A stretch of DNA of 64,000 bases. Origin: Octopus sinensis (lineage: Eukaryota). Positions 40,141 through 52,449 of this stretch are shown here, piece after piece. A program made the position numbers and the translations under genes. The stretch is from the NCBI RefSeq assembly GCF_006345805.1, contig NC_042998.1, positions 190,650,001-190,714,000 on the forward strand. Direction: 5' to 3'. The notes under the pieces are model-generated. The model searched no databases and was not told the origin of the DNA. It saw only the letters and a program-made list of their open reading frames with translations. Every line of letters starts with the position of its first letter. Within the stretch, counting starts at the first letter, position 1.

Positions 40141-41559
40141 CTGAAACAGTATGGAAATTGAATAAAAGAAACAAAAAAAGAAAATTAGAAAAACAGAAAA
40201 GAAAAGCAAAATATCTATATAAAACTGTTCCCAAGTTTCTGTTAACTTTTGCTGTTTGGTTGATTGCACTATAAAGTAAGATCCGTGTCATTGTCGGTAA
40301 TTTATGTGCTGTTTGTGATAATGATAGTGATGGTGATGGTGGTAGTGGTTGTGGTTGTGATGGCGGTAGCAGTGCTGGCAGTGGTGATGTGGTGAGAAGG
40401 GGTTTGTGTTTTGACGGCGAGCAGATGTAATGGGCTTTGTGTGGTCACACCTTTCCCTAACTCAGTAACTAATCATGTTGATCTGAAGTCAGCCCTGATA
40501 AAACGTGTATCAGCTGGGCTACCCTGTCTTTTTATTCAGACATGATGTATCGAAGACTAACTACATTATCCAATGTAACTTTTCTCTTTTTTTTTTAAGA
40601 TGGTGATATAGGGGTTAAATAACTTGTGTTTTTTTTATTTCTAGTAGAGCAAATTTACCTATTGTTTTATTAGCGGTCCTTTTACTGACAAGTTCACTCC
40701 TTAAATATTCTGTAGTGGCATTCAGAGGGAGGCGAAGTGCAAGTTGAATTCCCAGCACCCTTGACATGAATTCATAGAAACTCTCCAGACATGGAATGCA
40801 AGCATTCCATTTTGGGAAAAAACTGGTATAAAAGGTTCTTTCAGCGGACAAAGCCAATTTTTCCCATCCTGGATTCAGTTGCAGACCGTGGTGCAGTGTA
40901 AATAGAACATGAGAACCTCTTGTCTAGTTTTGTCAAACTATCAAAGCCACTACCGACAGGGCAACACGATTGGTAGAACGTCCGATAGGGGGGATGTCCT
41001 GAGAATTGATGAGAAAGCACAATCTTTTTTTTCCAAGATGGAGAATTAAGAATAATTTATGAACATCCTTCGTGTAATTCAGTTTTGGATGAATTATAGA
41101 AGTTCGAAAGATATATTACAAACATTCATAAAGTGAAGACTGGAAAATGTTTGCGGTTCTGGAAGAATTACTAAAATATCTCCCGGTACGGAGGTGGGTT
41201 AAATGCTTTTTGGTGTTTAGTTAAGCCCCTTTAGTTTAAGCCTAAAATACTAGGATAGATTTAATTGACTCTTCTCCCTAAAATGTGCGGTTTTGTATCT
41301 AGCTTAGAATTTATTCTCCCCCTCCTTCACTATTATACACATCATTATGTAAATCTGTTATAAATGCGTATATAAATTTAATTCTATCCTGGTTCGATTT
41401 CGTACGAATCAGTGAATGTTTTGTTTACCGATTTCTTTATTGGGGCGAATGGTTTTCTGCTTGTTTCAGAACTACCGGGAGCATTCGTTAGCGAGACCAA
41501 ATCTGGTCGAATACTGTGTCTGATAATCCGCCGACGACGTTCTGTCACAAAATATTCTT

Positions 41560-43222
41560 GCACCGTTCTAAGAGTTCATAGGCTGACTGTGAAGGAATGA
41601 TGTTAGAGCAGTGAAATATTTCATGCATTAAAATCAGCTCTTCGTATTAATAACTGCATTGTTTCTTTCCAGCTAAACTGACATCTGAATCTTCAAAGAA
41701 GACTTCAAATGTAACCAGTTGCGATATCTCTGGAAAATGGACAAAATTTGACATCGTGGTGTTAACATGTACTAGCAGAAAAAGTGTTTAGCCCCAAGGA
41801 CATTCATGTTGACATGGTTGCTACATTAAGGGATGACACTCCAGCTTTATGAAAAGTTCAAAAGTGGGCAGCTGAATTTAGGAGGGGAACAGGAAGTCTT
41901 GAAGGTGATTCAAAGTCTGGACGTCCTGCAACTACCAACACAGAAGGAAACATTTATCATGTTCACCATAGGCGCAGGAGTAGCTGTGTGGTAAGTAGCT
42001 TGCTAACCAACCACATAGTTCCGGGTTCAGTCCCACTGCGTGGCACCTTGGGCAAGTGTCTTCTGCTATAGCCCCGGGCCGACCAATGCCTTGTGAGTGG
42101 ATTTGGTAGACGGAAACTGAAAGAAGCCTGTCGTATATATGTATATATATGTGTGTGTGCATGTGTTTGTGTGTCTGTGTTTGTCCCCCTAGCATTGCTT
42201 GACAACTGATGCTGGTGTGTTTACGTCCCCGTCACTTAGCGGTTCGGCAAAGGAGACCGATAGAATAAGAACTGGGCTTAAAAGAATAAGTCCCGGGGTC
42301 GAGTTGCTCGATTAAAGGTGGTGCCCCAGCATGGCCGCAGTCAAATGACTGAAACAAGTAAAAAAAAAATACTGATGAGGGACAGACTATTGACTATAAA
42401 TCAAACAGCCAATGCTATTAGCATATCCTGTGACTGGTTTGAGAATATTTTGTACCATGAACTTGGTATGACGAAGGGTTTTGCTCGGTGGGTGCTACGT
42501 CTTCTGATACCTGATCAAAAGCGCACCAAGCTAATCAAAGCACAGGTAAACCTGACACTATCTGAAGCATACCCAGCTGGTTTCCTTGAATATTTCTGAA
42601 GCCAGGATGAATGTTGGTTTCATTACTTTGAGCCAGAGACAAAGAGACAGTCCATACAGTGTAAACACTCCTCCTCACCTGCTCTAAAGAAAGCCAAGGT
42701 AGTTTCGTATGCAGCAAAGGTGATGGCATCAGTTTCTTGGGATGCTAAAGGTATTGCGTTATTGACTATCTTCAAAAAGGCCACACTATCAATGGAGAAT
42801 ACTATGCTGACTTGCTAAAGCAGTTACAAAAGGCTCTCAAGACCAAGCGCCTAGGAAACCTGACGAAGGGAGTCTTGTTTCATCAGGACAATGCTCCAGC
42901 ACACAAGTCCTTGCTTTCAATAGCAGCTTTGCGTGACTGTAGCTTTAAATTGGTTGATCACCTTCATTCTCCTGATTTCGCCCCATCTAACTACCATCTC
43001 TTCCGTAGCTTGCAAAAACGCTTGGCTGGGAAGCAGTATCGCAGTGATGATGACATCATATCTCCTGTTGATAACTTTTTTAATCAACAGGGTAAAAAAT
43101 TCTTCACCAATAAAATCCAAGCACTGCAACACCGATATGTGGAACGCAAGGAGGACTACGTTGGAAAATATGAGAGTATCTTGGTGAGCCTATGAACTTT
43201 TCAGCCGACCCCTGTATATGCG
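41560..43222 (+). mobile_element. mariner transposon (irritans/Himar1-Hsmar2-like), near full length, decayed, split by a SINE
   Basis: KWAAEFRRG...SGRP, QDECWFH, QDNAPAH, SPDFAPSNYHLF; TIR-like AGTTCATAGGCT at ~41575 and AGCCTATGAACT at ~43190. Confidence 0.88.
41970..42365 (+). mobile_element. SINE family C, full length (CORE-like)
   Basis: tRNA-like head, GTGGCACCTTGGGCAAGTGTCTT resembling the CORE domain, internal TA/TG tract, A tail. Confidence 0.9.
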
Positions 43223-43772
43223 TCGCTAGTTTGTTTACTGGTTGTTCAAAACGTAGTCGTCTAGGATAGCAGTGAGAGGTACTAGACAGAAGTCAGCACC
43301 AATTACACTCACCCCAAAAATTTATATTAAATTTCAAAATAATTCTTTTAAAGACAAAAACAAAATGGAAAGTGAAAACAGTAAGTACGTACAACAGATA
43401 GACAAAGAAAAGAAATGAATGACGTTAATTGTAAGGGTAACAGTAACAGCGTTACATAGATAATTAAAGGCAACGTACTTGATATAAGTTGTCTAATGGA
43501 AAAGAAAAGAACATTAATAGATATGTTGGTCGGTGTGTGACACACTATATTCCAAAGACTATGATTGAGCGTATGGAAGCATATGCCTGGTTTTTAAGAC
43601 TGAAGACAAGGGAAAGCGACAGGTGAAGTTAGTGATGTGGGTGCTTGGTTTGTTGTCACCTTTGGGGTACAGTATGGGCTGTTGGTGAGCACAGAGGATA
43701 AGTTAGTGGTGCAGAACGCGACAGATAGCGAACGCCATATTTTTTATTAGCAGCCGTCGATGCTCTGATAGT

Positions 43773-44010
43773 GGAGGCGCGTGACTTAGAGGTTAGAGTG
43801 TTGAACTCATGATCGTAAGGTTGTGGTTTCGTTTCCTAGACCGGGCGATGCGTTGTTCTTGAGCAAAACACTTCATTTTCACGTTGCTCCAGTCCACTCA
43901 GCTGGCAAAAATGAGTGATCCTGCGACGGACCGACGTCCCGTTCAGGTGGGGAATTTCTACGCCACTGAAACCGGGAAACCGGCCCTTATGAGACTGGCA
44001 TGGCTCGAGA
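43773..44010 (+). mobile_element. tRNA-headed SINE with CORE-like and V-domain-like segments
   Basis: CTTGAGCAAAACACTT...GTCCACTCAGCTG and CCTGCGACGGACCGACGTCCCGTTCAGG. Confidence 0.6.
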
Positions 44011-44199
44011 AGGAACATTTATTAATTATTATTATTTTATGCTCAGATAGGGGTGAGGCAACCAGTCTTCTTTAGACATCTGGTGTGCTTCCCAGGAAAA
44101 TTCCGCACTTTGATTAGGACAACAGCTTGGATACACCATGGAATTTGTGAAACTAGCCGATATGAGAGCGGGGTGCAAACGCCTCACAAACCAGTGGAA

Positions 44200-45135
44200 A
44201 CTTTTCTAATTGTCTGACAGGCGCCGAATGAATTTTCCGAATATGTCAGTGTGGATTTGAACAAGTCGCATAGACTTCTTCAGATGGTTCCTAAATAGAG
44301 AGTTCTGTAAGAAACGCATCGCGAGTAACGTTCTTGTGGTCAGACTGGCAAATGACCAATTCTTCAACGTAAAGTGTGAAGCTGGATTGTCAGAGCTAAG
44401 GTACAAAGAAACGAAATCAATCTGATGGGACCGAATAGCAGAAGTGCAGCATGGCAACAGTCATAATTTGACCTATGATGAGCGATGATAAGCGTTTGTC
44501 ACTCATTCAAATGTATGTGGGTACGGATTTCCAGGCGCACTTTGTTTGGATGTTCGGTACATGTGGACAGCCTGATCGTTGGATGGACTTCAATGCGTAC
44601 CTCAACGGCCTACCACATCTTTTGATAAAAGGGTGGATTACTGCAAAAAGTCGATAACGGCTAAGGAAATTTGGGAAGTCATGATTAGCTGCACGGCGAG
44701 GCGGGTGGATAAATCGCTTGGTTTGGATGGTCTACCTTAGAGGTTTACACTTATATGTCAAACTTGTTCGGTTATCTCTTGACGGGTATCTGATGCAAAT
44801 GGCAGCAGAATGAGAGAATTTCCAGTTTTGTGAGTCTCAAAGAACAATAACACTGCTGAGAAATACCACTTTGATAATTTTCAGTCCATAACTCTACTAA
44901 ACGTAGATTTCAAAAATTTGACAAAAGTTTTAGCTGAAACGTTGACACTGGTCGTCGATATTCTGCTTGGTGATGCGGAAACATGTGCCATCTCATACAG
45001 CAGTATATATACAGCCTCCACGGCTTGTGATACGTCATAAAATGGTGGGGGTAAGGAAACTGTCATTGGCGAGGGCTCTGATAAACTTAGATCAATGGAA
45101 CGTTTTCGATAGGGTCGATCACTAAAACTTGACGG
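44200..45135 (+). mobile_element. L1/Tx1-type RT remnant
   Basis: KSLGLDGLP, NFQSITLLNVDFKNLTKVLA, ALINLDQWNVFDRVDH (RT motifs 0-3), decayed. Confidence 0.75.
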
Positions 45136-45139
45136 CTGT

Positions 45140-46990
45140 CAAGTATTAGTGTTACCCACATTCTATCACGTAAAAACACATAAACCGGGTATAAATTTAA
45201 AAATTAGAACTATTGTCTCTAGTATTAACGGACCGTTCCAAAAAATCTCCTGGCTTCTATCTAATATTCTCAAACCACTACTTCAAACCTTCGTAAGACC
45301 TGCTGAAAACTCAATCGAAGACGTCAACTAAGTGAGAGATCTCAAACCATCCTTACTTAAAAAAAAAAATTTTTTTCCTTTATTTTGGACCTTGTTTCTC
45401 TATACAGTCCCGTTCCAGCATCCCCAGCAATAAACTTACTAACTGACCACATTGCCTCCTCTCACAACCTTAACTGCTTTGAGCTCATAGCTCCAGATAT
45501 CAATGAACTCATAACTATATCGGTGAAGATATAAAATTTGAAGCGGAGCACTCCAATAACTCCGATTCTTTATCTGTGCTTGATTTTGAACTAAAAGTCA
45601 CAGAGAACGGGTCCATTTTCCCTAACTTACAGAAAAGCAGCGTGCAAGAGTCTATTTGTATATTATGATTCATCCCAGTTCATCAGAACTAAAATGACCT
45701 ACATTAGAAATGAGATTCACAGGATACGCAGTAAATGTGGCGAGGTAGGTAGCAAAAACATCAACACCATACAATTCCAAAAAATCCCCATGGGGAATGG
45801 CTATCCATACTCTTTCACTAAACACCAGCACATCACCAAACCATCTATCAAAATTCTAACATGTAAGGATAACATGTGTTCTCTGAAACTGCCACATTTT
45901 AATGGAAAAAAAAAAGAAACGCTGCAACCCACCGTGCGATCTGTAAAGGGGAATTAAATATACGACTGGCAGACTCCAGACCTCCTCTGAGGTGAGTCCT
46001 AACTAAAAACAGGCCAAGTTAAAAACAACACCTTATGTACATTGCTCAATCTAAGATGAAAATATATGTTTGCGGTCCTTCGTGGTATATAAAATAAAAT
46101 GTGGTAAATGTAAGGAATTCTGAACCGGAAGTTCACATACGGGTCAAAGAACGTATCTATGCTTTACGCTTCTTCCATAAAAACACCTACGAAAATTCCA
46201 ACATCATGACAGCCAAGTTTCAATAGAAGCTATACAAAGAAACGTTGGGTACTTTAGAATAAAAGAATCTATTTTAAGTAACAAGTACACCTTGGAGATT
46301 AATAAGAGATCTGAATTGAATGCAGTTGTGCAGATACTATAAACTCTCTCTCTATCCGCTCAGTCGAAGTCGACTCTCGGTCACTCGTTGGATCAGTGTC
46401 CTCCAGTCAGTTCTATCCTGGGCCGCTTCCTTCAGACTGGCCATGTCCATTCCGGTATCACTCTTGATGGTGTCAAGCCAGCGGGTTCTTGGTCGGCCTC
46501 TTCCTCTCTTGCCACTGACCATTCCGAGCATGATGTCCTTCTCCAGGGATTCTCTCCGCATAATATGACCGAAATATGCCAATCTACGCTTGTTGATCCC
46601 AGCTTCTAGCGACATTTTCGGCCTGATCTGCTTAAGAACCTCTCCATTGGTGAGCCTTGCTGTCCATGGAATCCCAAAAAGTCTTCTCCAACACCAAAGC
46701 TCGAATGCATTAATTCTCTTCTGGTCAGCTTTCTTTAGTGTCTAGGTCTCGCATCCATATGTTGCTATTGGGAAGACAATTGCATTCACCAATCTGCATT
46801 TGATAGCGAGTCTGATGTCTCTACTCTTCCAGACCCTGCTCATGCTGACCAGTGCCTCTCTGCCTAGTACTATCCGCCGTCTTATTTCTGGATCAAAAGT
46901 GCAAGAATACTATAAACAGCGTATAACAATCCTTCATAAACACAAATACACTACAGAGCAGAGACATCAGCTATTGTCCAAAAATCTCCT
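45140..46990 (+). mobile_element. Penelope-like element RT/EN remnant interrupted by an RTE
   Basis: PTFYHVKTHKPG...IRTIVSSINGP...ISWLLSNILKPLL is the PLE RT N-terminal motif; decayed downstream. Confidence 0.75.
46345..46895 (-). mobile_element. RTE LINE 3' fragment, BovB-like, with TSD
   Basis: LAYFGHIMRRESLEKDIMLGMVSGKRGRGRPRTRWLD...SRLRLSG*; one TGG>TAG stop; TSD-like GTGCA..ATACTATAAAC at 46328-46344 and 46899-46917. Confidence 0.92.
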
Positions 46991-47091
46991 AACCCTGGAA
47001 TATTGAGATATAATTTTAATTATTAATTTTTGTAATTTGCATCGCTTTGCCTTTAAAAAAGAGAGAAGATATTTAAAATATTTAGATACAT

Positions 47092-47470
47092 AAGCGCAAG
47101 CGCGACTGTTTAGAGAGAAACTTGCTTCCCAACCCCATGGTTCCGGGTTCAGTCTCACTGCGTGGCACCTTGGGCAGATCAAAGCCTCGTGAGTGGATTT
47201 GGTAGATGGAAACTAAAAGAATCCCGTCGTATATATATGTGTATATCTATGTGCATGTGTCTTTGTGTCTGTTTGTCCCCACCCGATCACCACTTGACAA
47301 CCGGTGTTAGTGTGTTTATGTCCCAGTAACTTAACGGGTTGGGAAAAGTGACCGTTAGAATAAATGCTAGGCTTTTAAAAAGTCATGTGATCGATTTGTT
47401 CGACTAAAACCATTCAAGGCGATGCTATAGCATGGCCGCAGTCAAATGACTGAAATAAATAAAATAAAAA
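47092..47470 (+). mobile_element. SINE family C copy
   Basis: Matches 41970-42365 with an internal deletion. Confidence 0.85.
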
Positions 47471-47541
47471 ATATCAGACAAGGCTTCGTTTAAACTATAC
47501 TATAATACGAACACCCCACGCCAAACACACATGCTTGTGTG

Positions 47542-47573
<32 letters not shown>

Positions 47574-47627
47574 TGTATGTATGTATGTATGTGTGTACCT
47601 AATTATGTATGTATATATGTATTTATG

Positions 47628-47713
<86 letters not shown>

Positions 47714-48008
47714 ATTATTTTAAGGTACGTTATAATGAATATTATATCTGTTGCGTCAACAATTTTTTACAAATGAAATTTTTTGTTCAAATTTATTTCT
47801 ATCACTTATCAACGTATCTTTCTTCAATGAAGAACGCCAACGCCAAAACTCTTCCGAAATGTTTTACCCCCCACCCCCATTCATCTTTTAACACCAATAA
47901 ATATTTTCCAATTTATTTATCTTCTGCTTCACAGTCTTTAGTTATCAGCTTCTCTTTCGATTATTGGATCGTACCATGCAGAATAACATTTCAAATTTTC
48001 TTGGCCAG

Positions 48009-48068
<60 letters not shown>

Positions 48069-48069
<1 letters not shown>

Positions 48070-48582
48070 TAGCAATATCGCCCGGCGTTGCTCGGGTTTG
48101 TAAGGGAAATAACTATATAAGCATTTTTAGAGAGTTACTTCCCTTATAGATGCCAATTCGGGCTTTCTTAGCCATTTCTGTTTTGGTGTCTTCAAGCCAT
48201 GAAGTCGTTGTTCTAAAAGAACGCTGGTCTCCTTGACAACGCTTTACGACGTTAATTTCCTTACTCTCCTTCCCCCACAGCTTCAGGAGGGAGGGAAGAA
48301 GGGGGAGAAGCAAACAGGTGCAGGTGTTTGAGCGTGGACGCCAACTCCGCCGCCATCGACACACGAAAAATTATGCATAAAATGGAATAAAAAATGATGT
48401 TAAATTATTTTTAAAATCGTAGACTCATCGTAGACGCGCGCTAATACTCAGACGGGCTCGATATGAATCACGACTATAAGATACCCGAATTTGGTTAAAC
48501 TGCACCGCAAAATGTGGGAGTAGTTAGGAATCTAAATCGAAGGGGACAGACACTCACACAACTACAGTTTTATATATATAGA
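48069..48582 (-). mobile_element. Non-autonomous Helitron, complete (514 bp)
   Basis: Minus strand A|TCTATATATATAAAA 5' end, subterminal hairpin CCCGAGCAACGCCGGG, 3' CTAG|T, no TSD. Confidence 0.9.
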
Positions 48583-48593
48583 TATATATATTT

Positions 48594-48918
48594 TCGATTC
48601 CCAGACCGGGCGTTGTGAGTGTTTATTGAGCGAAAACACCTAAAAGGCTCCACGAGGCTCCGGCAGGGGATGGTGGTGATCCCTGCTGTACTCTTTCACC
48701 ACAACTTTCTCTCACTCTTACTTCCTGTTTCTGTTGTACCTGTACTTCAAAGGGCCGGCCTTGTCACTCTCTGTGTCACGCTGAATATCCCCGAGAACTA
48801 CGTTAAGGTTACACGTGTATGTGGAGTACTCAGCCACTTGCACGTTAATTTCACGAACAGGCTGTTCCGTTGATTCGGATCAACCGGAACCCTCGTCGTC
48901 GTAACCGACGGAGTGCTT

Positions 48919-48920
<2 letters not shown>
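48594..48920 (+). mobile_element. SINE family B, 5'-truncated
   Basis: Starts at the B-box; matches 30822-31205. Confidence 0.9.
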
Positions 48921-48995
<75 letters not shown>

Positions 48996-48996
<1 letters not shown>

Positions 48997-49200
48997 GGGA
49001 GAATTCACGAAAAAAAACGAAAACAAAAACAGGTGGTGTAGAAAACAAACAGATGTATTTGTATAACGCTCGGGAATTGAGAAAGTCTTTAACATTTCGA
49101 GCCTACGCTCTTCCACAGAAAGGAACACAGAAAGAAACGAGGAGAGAAACAAGGAGAGAAAAAAATGTGTGTAGTGGCTACCGATCTATCATGGCAAATG
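48996..49200 (-). mobile_element. HHR-like pLTR unit P3, copy 1
   Basis: 49087-49122 minus strand: CTTT-CTGTGGA-A-GAGC-GTAG-GCTC-GAAA-TGTT-AAAG. Confidence 0.7.
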
Positions 49201-49432
49201 CCGGACAGAAGGGTCACACAGGAGAGCGAAGAAGTAGGGGAGATAACAAAGTAGTAGTGATCCCAAAGCGAATGTGCACGTGTGTGTAAGAGACTGCGTA
49301 TATGCGTGTGAAAGAGGGCTGGTGATCTTGACGTGTGCGTGTGTGTATGTGTAGGTGTGAAAATGTGGGGATGGAAATTGGTCAGTGATGGTGTATGTGT
49401 AACAAAGACGTATAAGTTTCAATTTTACTCAC

Positions 49433-49491
49433 CTACCCTGGAATCTGCCCTTCGGAAGTATTTGGAAAGTATCTTTGTATAGAGTACATGT
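49433..49491 (-). CDS. Candidate 59-bp exon (55 bp with alternative donor)
   Basis: CTCTCGTTTGTTCAG acceptor, AG|GTGAGT donor; open frames include HVLYTKILSKYFRRADSRV. Confidence 0.3.
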
Positions 49492-49687
49492 CTGAACAAA
49501 CGAGAGCAGATTTATTCACTAAGCTGGAACGTGCCATCTGCATACACTGCGTGAATATCGGGCGAAAAAATTTCTATGTAGAGTTTGATAATCACCTAAT
49601 ACTGTTTGAGTGTGCAAATAAGATCGTCCTAACAAGTTAAGTACCGCAATTTAAGTACCTAATTCAACTGAATCCAAATTACATCTG

Positions 49688-49774
<87 letters not shown>

Positions 49775-49787
49775 GTATATGTATATA

Positions 49788-49836
<49 letters not shown>

Positions 49837-49857
49837 TTATATATATAATATATATAT

Positions 49858-50049
49858 ATCATGTCGCCGTGATAGATCGTTAGCCACTACACACATTATT
49901 TATCTCCTTGTTTTTTCTGTGGCCCTTTCTGTAAAAGAGCGTAGGCTCGAAACGTAAAAGACTTTTTTTTTTATTCCTGAGCGTTATGCTAATACATCTG
50001 TTTGTTTTGTACACCACCTGTCTTCGTCTTTTGTTTTTTCGTAAACTCT

Positions 50050-50052
<3 letters not shown>
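49858..50052 (+). mobile_element. HHR-like pLTR unit P3, copy 2, inside (TA)n
   Basis: 49925-49960: CTTT-CTGTAAA-A-GAGC-GTAG-GCTC-GAAA-CGTA-AAAG. Confidence 0.7.
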
Positions 50053-50122
<70 letters not shown>

Positions 50123-50499
50123 TACATGCGAAACACACATATATCTATGTATGTGTGTCTTTGAGTCGGTGTTTGTCCCCGTCCCATCACCGTTTGACAA
50201 CTGGTGTTGATGTGTCCCCGTACCTCAGCGTCTCAGCAACGAGACCGATAGAATAAGTCCTAGGGCCGATTTGTTCAAAAAACACTTCAAGCGATGCTTC
50301 AGTATGACCGCAGCCAAATGACTGAAACAAGTAAAAGAGTGAAAGAATACTACAAGCATTATCTAACATGCAGAACTCAATGCATAGTGTCGAATGGATG
50401 GACACATTTATAAATCATGAACAACCAAATGTGAAGCTCAGAGCAGTTTGTCAAATATATGTGAGTGTATGCATACACAAGAATACCAAAAAGTAACCA

Positions 50500-51345
50500 G
50501 AAACGTTCTCTGTGGGATAAACCCGGTGCAGTTCAGGCTTCCACCGCAAGAAGCCACTTGATGCGACCCGCAGGTATCAGTCTTCGATCGGCGTTGTCTG
50601 GTGATGTTGTACTTCCATGTGGTGGTTCTTTGTTTTGCAGTGCTTCTCCCCTGTTTGTCGACTTTTGTGATGGCTGAAACAAAGGAACAGCGTGCTTCCG
50701 TGAAATTCTGTTCTCTCTCGGGGAAAAAAAGCGGCTGAAACAATTGTCATACTTCAAATAACTTACAAGGACGCTGCCATGAGGAAAACGCAAGTTTACA
50801 AGTGGTTTCCACGCTTTAGGAATGGTCACTTGTCGCTTGAAGACCAGGACGAGTGTCGACCTCCTGAGCGAATGAAAACGTGAACTGATCTTAGAGGACT
50901 GTCACCGAACAATTGACGAACTTGTTGATATGACTGATGTGTCCTGGAGCTCCTGCCAGCGAATTCTCAGCTAGGAATTGCGAATGAAAAGGGTTTCAGT
51001 AAAATTTGTGTTTCACTTGCTCACGGAAGATCAAAACCAGACACGAATGAATGCGTGTCGGGAACTGAAAAAAACAGTTTGAAGTTGATCCAGGCCTTTT
51101 TTCGAAGGTCATTAGTGGTGACGAAGGCTGGTGCTACGGAATTTGTAGATGTGGAAGAGATGAAGAATGAAACGTTGGAGACGTTAAAGGGCATCACTTT
51201 GCAAGAGTTCTAGTACTGGTTCGAATAGTATAAAACGCACCTGGATTGATGCATTGCTTCAAATGAAGAATACTTTGAAAGCGATAAAAGTGTGGACATG
51301 TAAAACTAAGTGAATAAAATGATGTTGCAAAATTCCAGTTTCTTT
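50500..51345 (+). mobile_element. mariner relic with internal deletion of the catalytic core
   Basis: MAETKEQRASVKFC...QVYKWFPRFRNG...ISGDEGWCYG jumps directly to C-terminal DVEEMKNETL. Confidence 0.8.
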
Positions 51346-51364
51346 TGGTTTATATATATATATG

Positions 51365-51570
51365 TGACCTCGTGTGTACCGTTGGCGATTTTTTCCCTCT
51401 GTCTTCCCTTCTCCGGATCTTTCCTTCTCCTATGTTTCCGACGAAGAGCTCCGCTCGAAACCTTAAACCCTCCTTCTTTCCTTCTTTTCTGAACGTCCAA
51501 TAATACTATATTTGTTCCACGTCCTCGCGTTGTTGTGTTTTTTTGTGCTTTCTTGTTTGGATTAACTATA
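51365..51570 (+). mobile_element. HHR-bearing unit P2, copy 2, inside (TA)n
   Basis: 51434-51468: GTTT-CCGACGA-A-GAGC-TCC-GCTC-GAAA-CCTT-AAAC. Confidence 0.75.
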
Positions 51571-51639
51571 TATATATATATATGTATATACCACTGAGTA
51601 TCTATCCAATGTGTTGTAAATAGGATCAGGGCTTTGCTG

Positions 51640-52130
51640 TTACAGGATAAGAAAGAAGACAGTTGTCCTGTTACTGTCTTCTTTGTACAGATCGCTAATG
51701 AAAAGTTTCTGTATGTCAATTAGTGTTTCTAGGATTGACTCACGGCAAGCAATTATTGCTGCATCGTGAGCAGATCCCGAATGACAGACGATGAAAATTT
51801 GGTATTTGCACTAAGTTGCATTAAGTTATCCGACTGAGGAGCACATCATCAAACATTTGATTGAATGCTCAATACATCAAAAGAGCGAATTATATTCTAA
51901 ACAGAGTTGAAGCAAGTTCGCAACCCCGCATGACTCCATTCTTAGTAGTGAAACTCTCTGAAGTATCATCAACTGCACAATGGCTTTCATAACCTAGCTT
52001 GAACAGGTTGGCGGGCATCCCGTTTTTAACAGCAAGTTAAAAAGACCCGTTGACTGCATCAAATGCTTTAGCTCGATTCACATATAAAGAGGAAATATGA
52101 TGCACAGCTTTACATAACGTTTTACCTTAA
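51640..52130 (-). mobile_element. Decayed RTE RT fragment
   Basis: KAFDAVN...KTGCP and FTTKNGVMRGCELASTLF. Confidence 0.7.
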
Positions 52131-52449
52131 AGTGATGCAATGAGAATATCATGCCTTGCGGTATTTCTCCAACTCTTTACTTTTGAGATCTGAGTTCAAG
52201 TTTCGCTGGAGTCAACTGTACTTTTCATCTTTTCGGGAACGATAAAATAAAGTACTAGACAAGTACAGGGGTCGATACAATTGGTTAAACCTTTGTCCTC
52301 TAAGCTGCTGGACTTGTGCCGTCACGCTTGTCGCCTTTGTGTTTACACACACGCGCTCACGTAACTTTCTCTTTCGCTTTTTCTCTCTCTCATTCACACA
52401 GATACATATACACACTCATCATTGTGGACTAGATTTGAATATTAACTTT

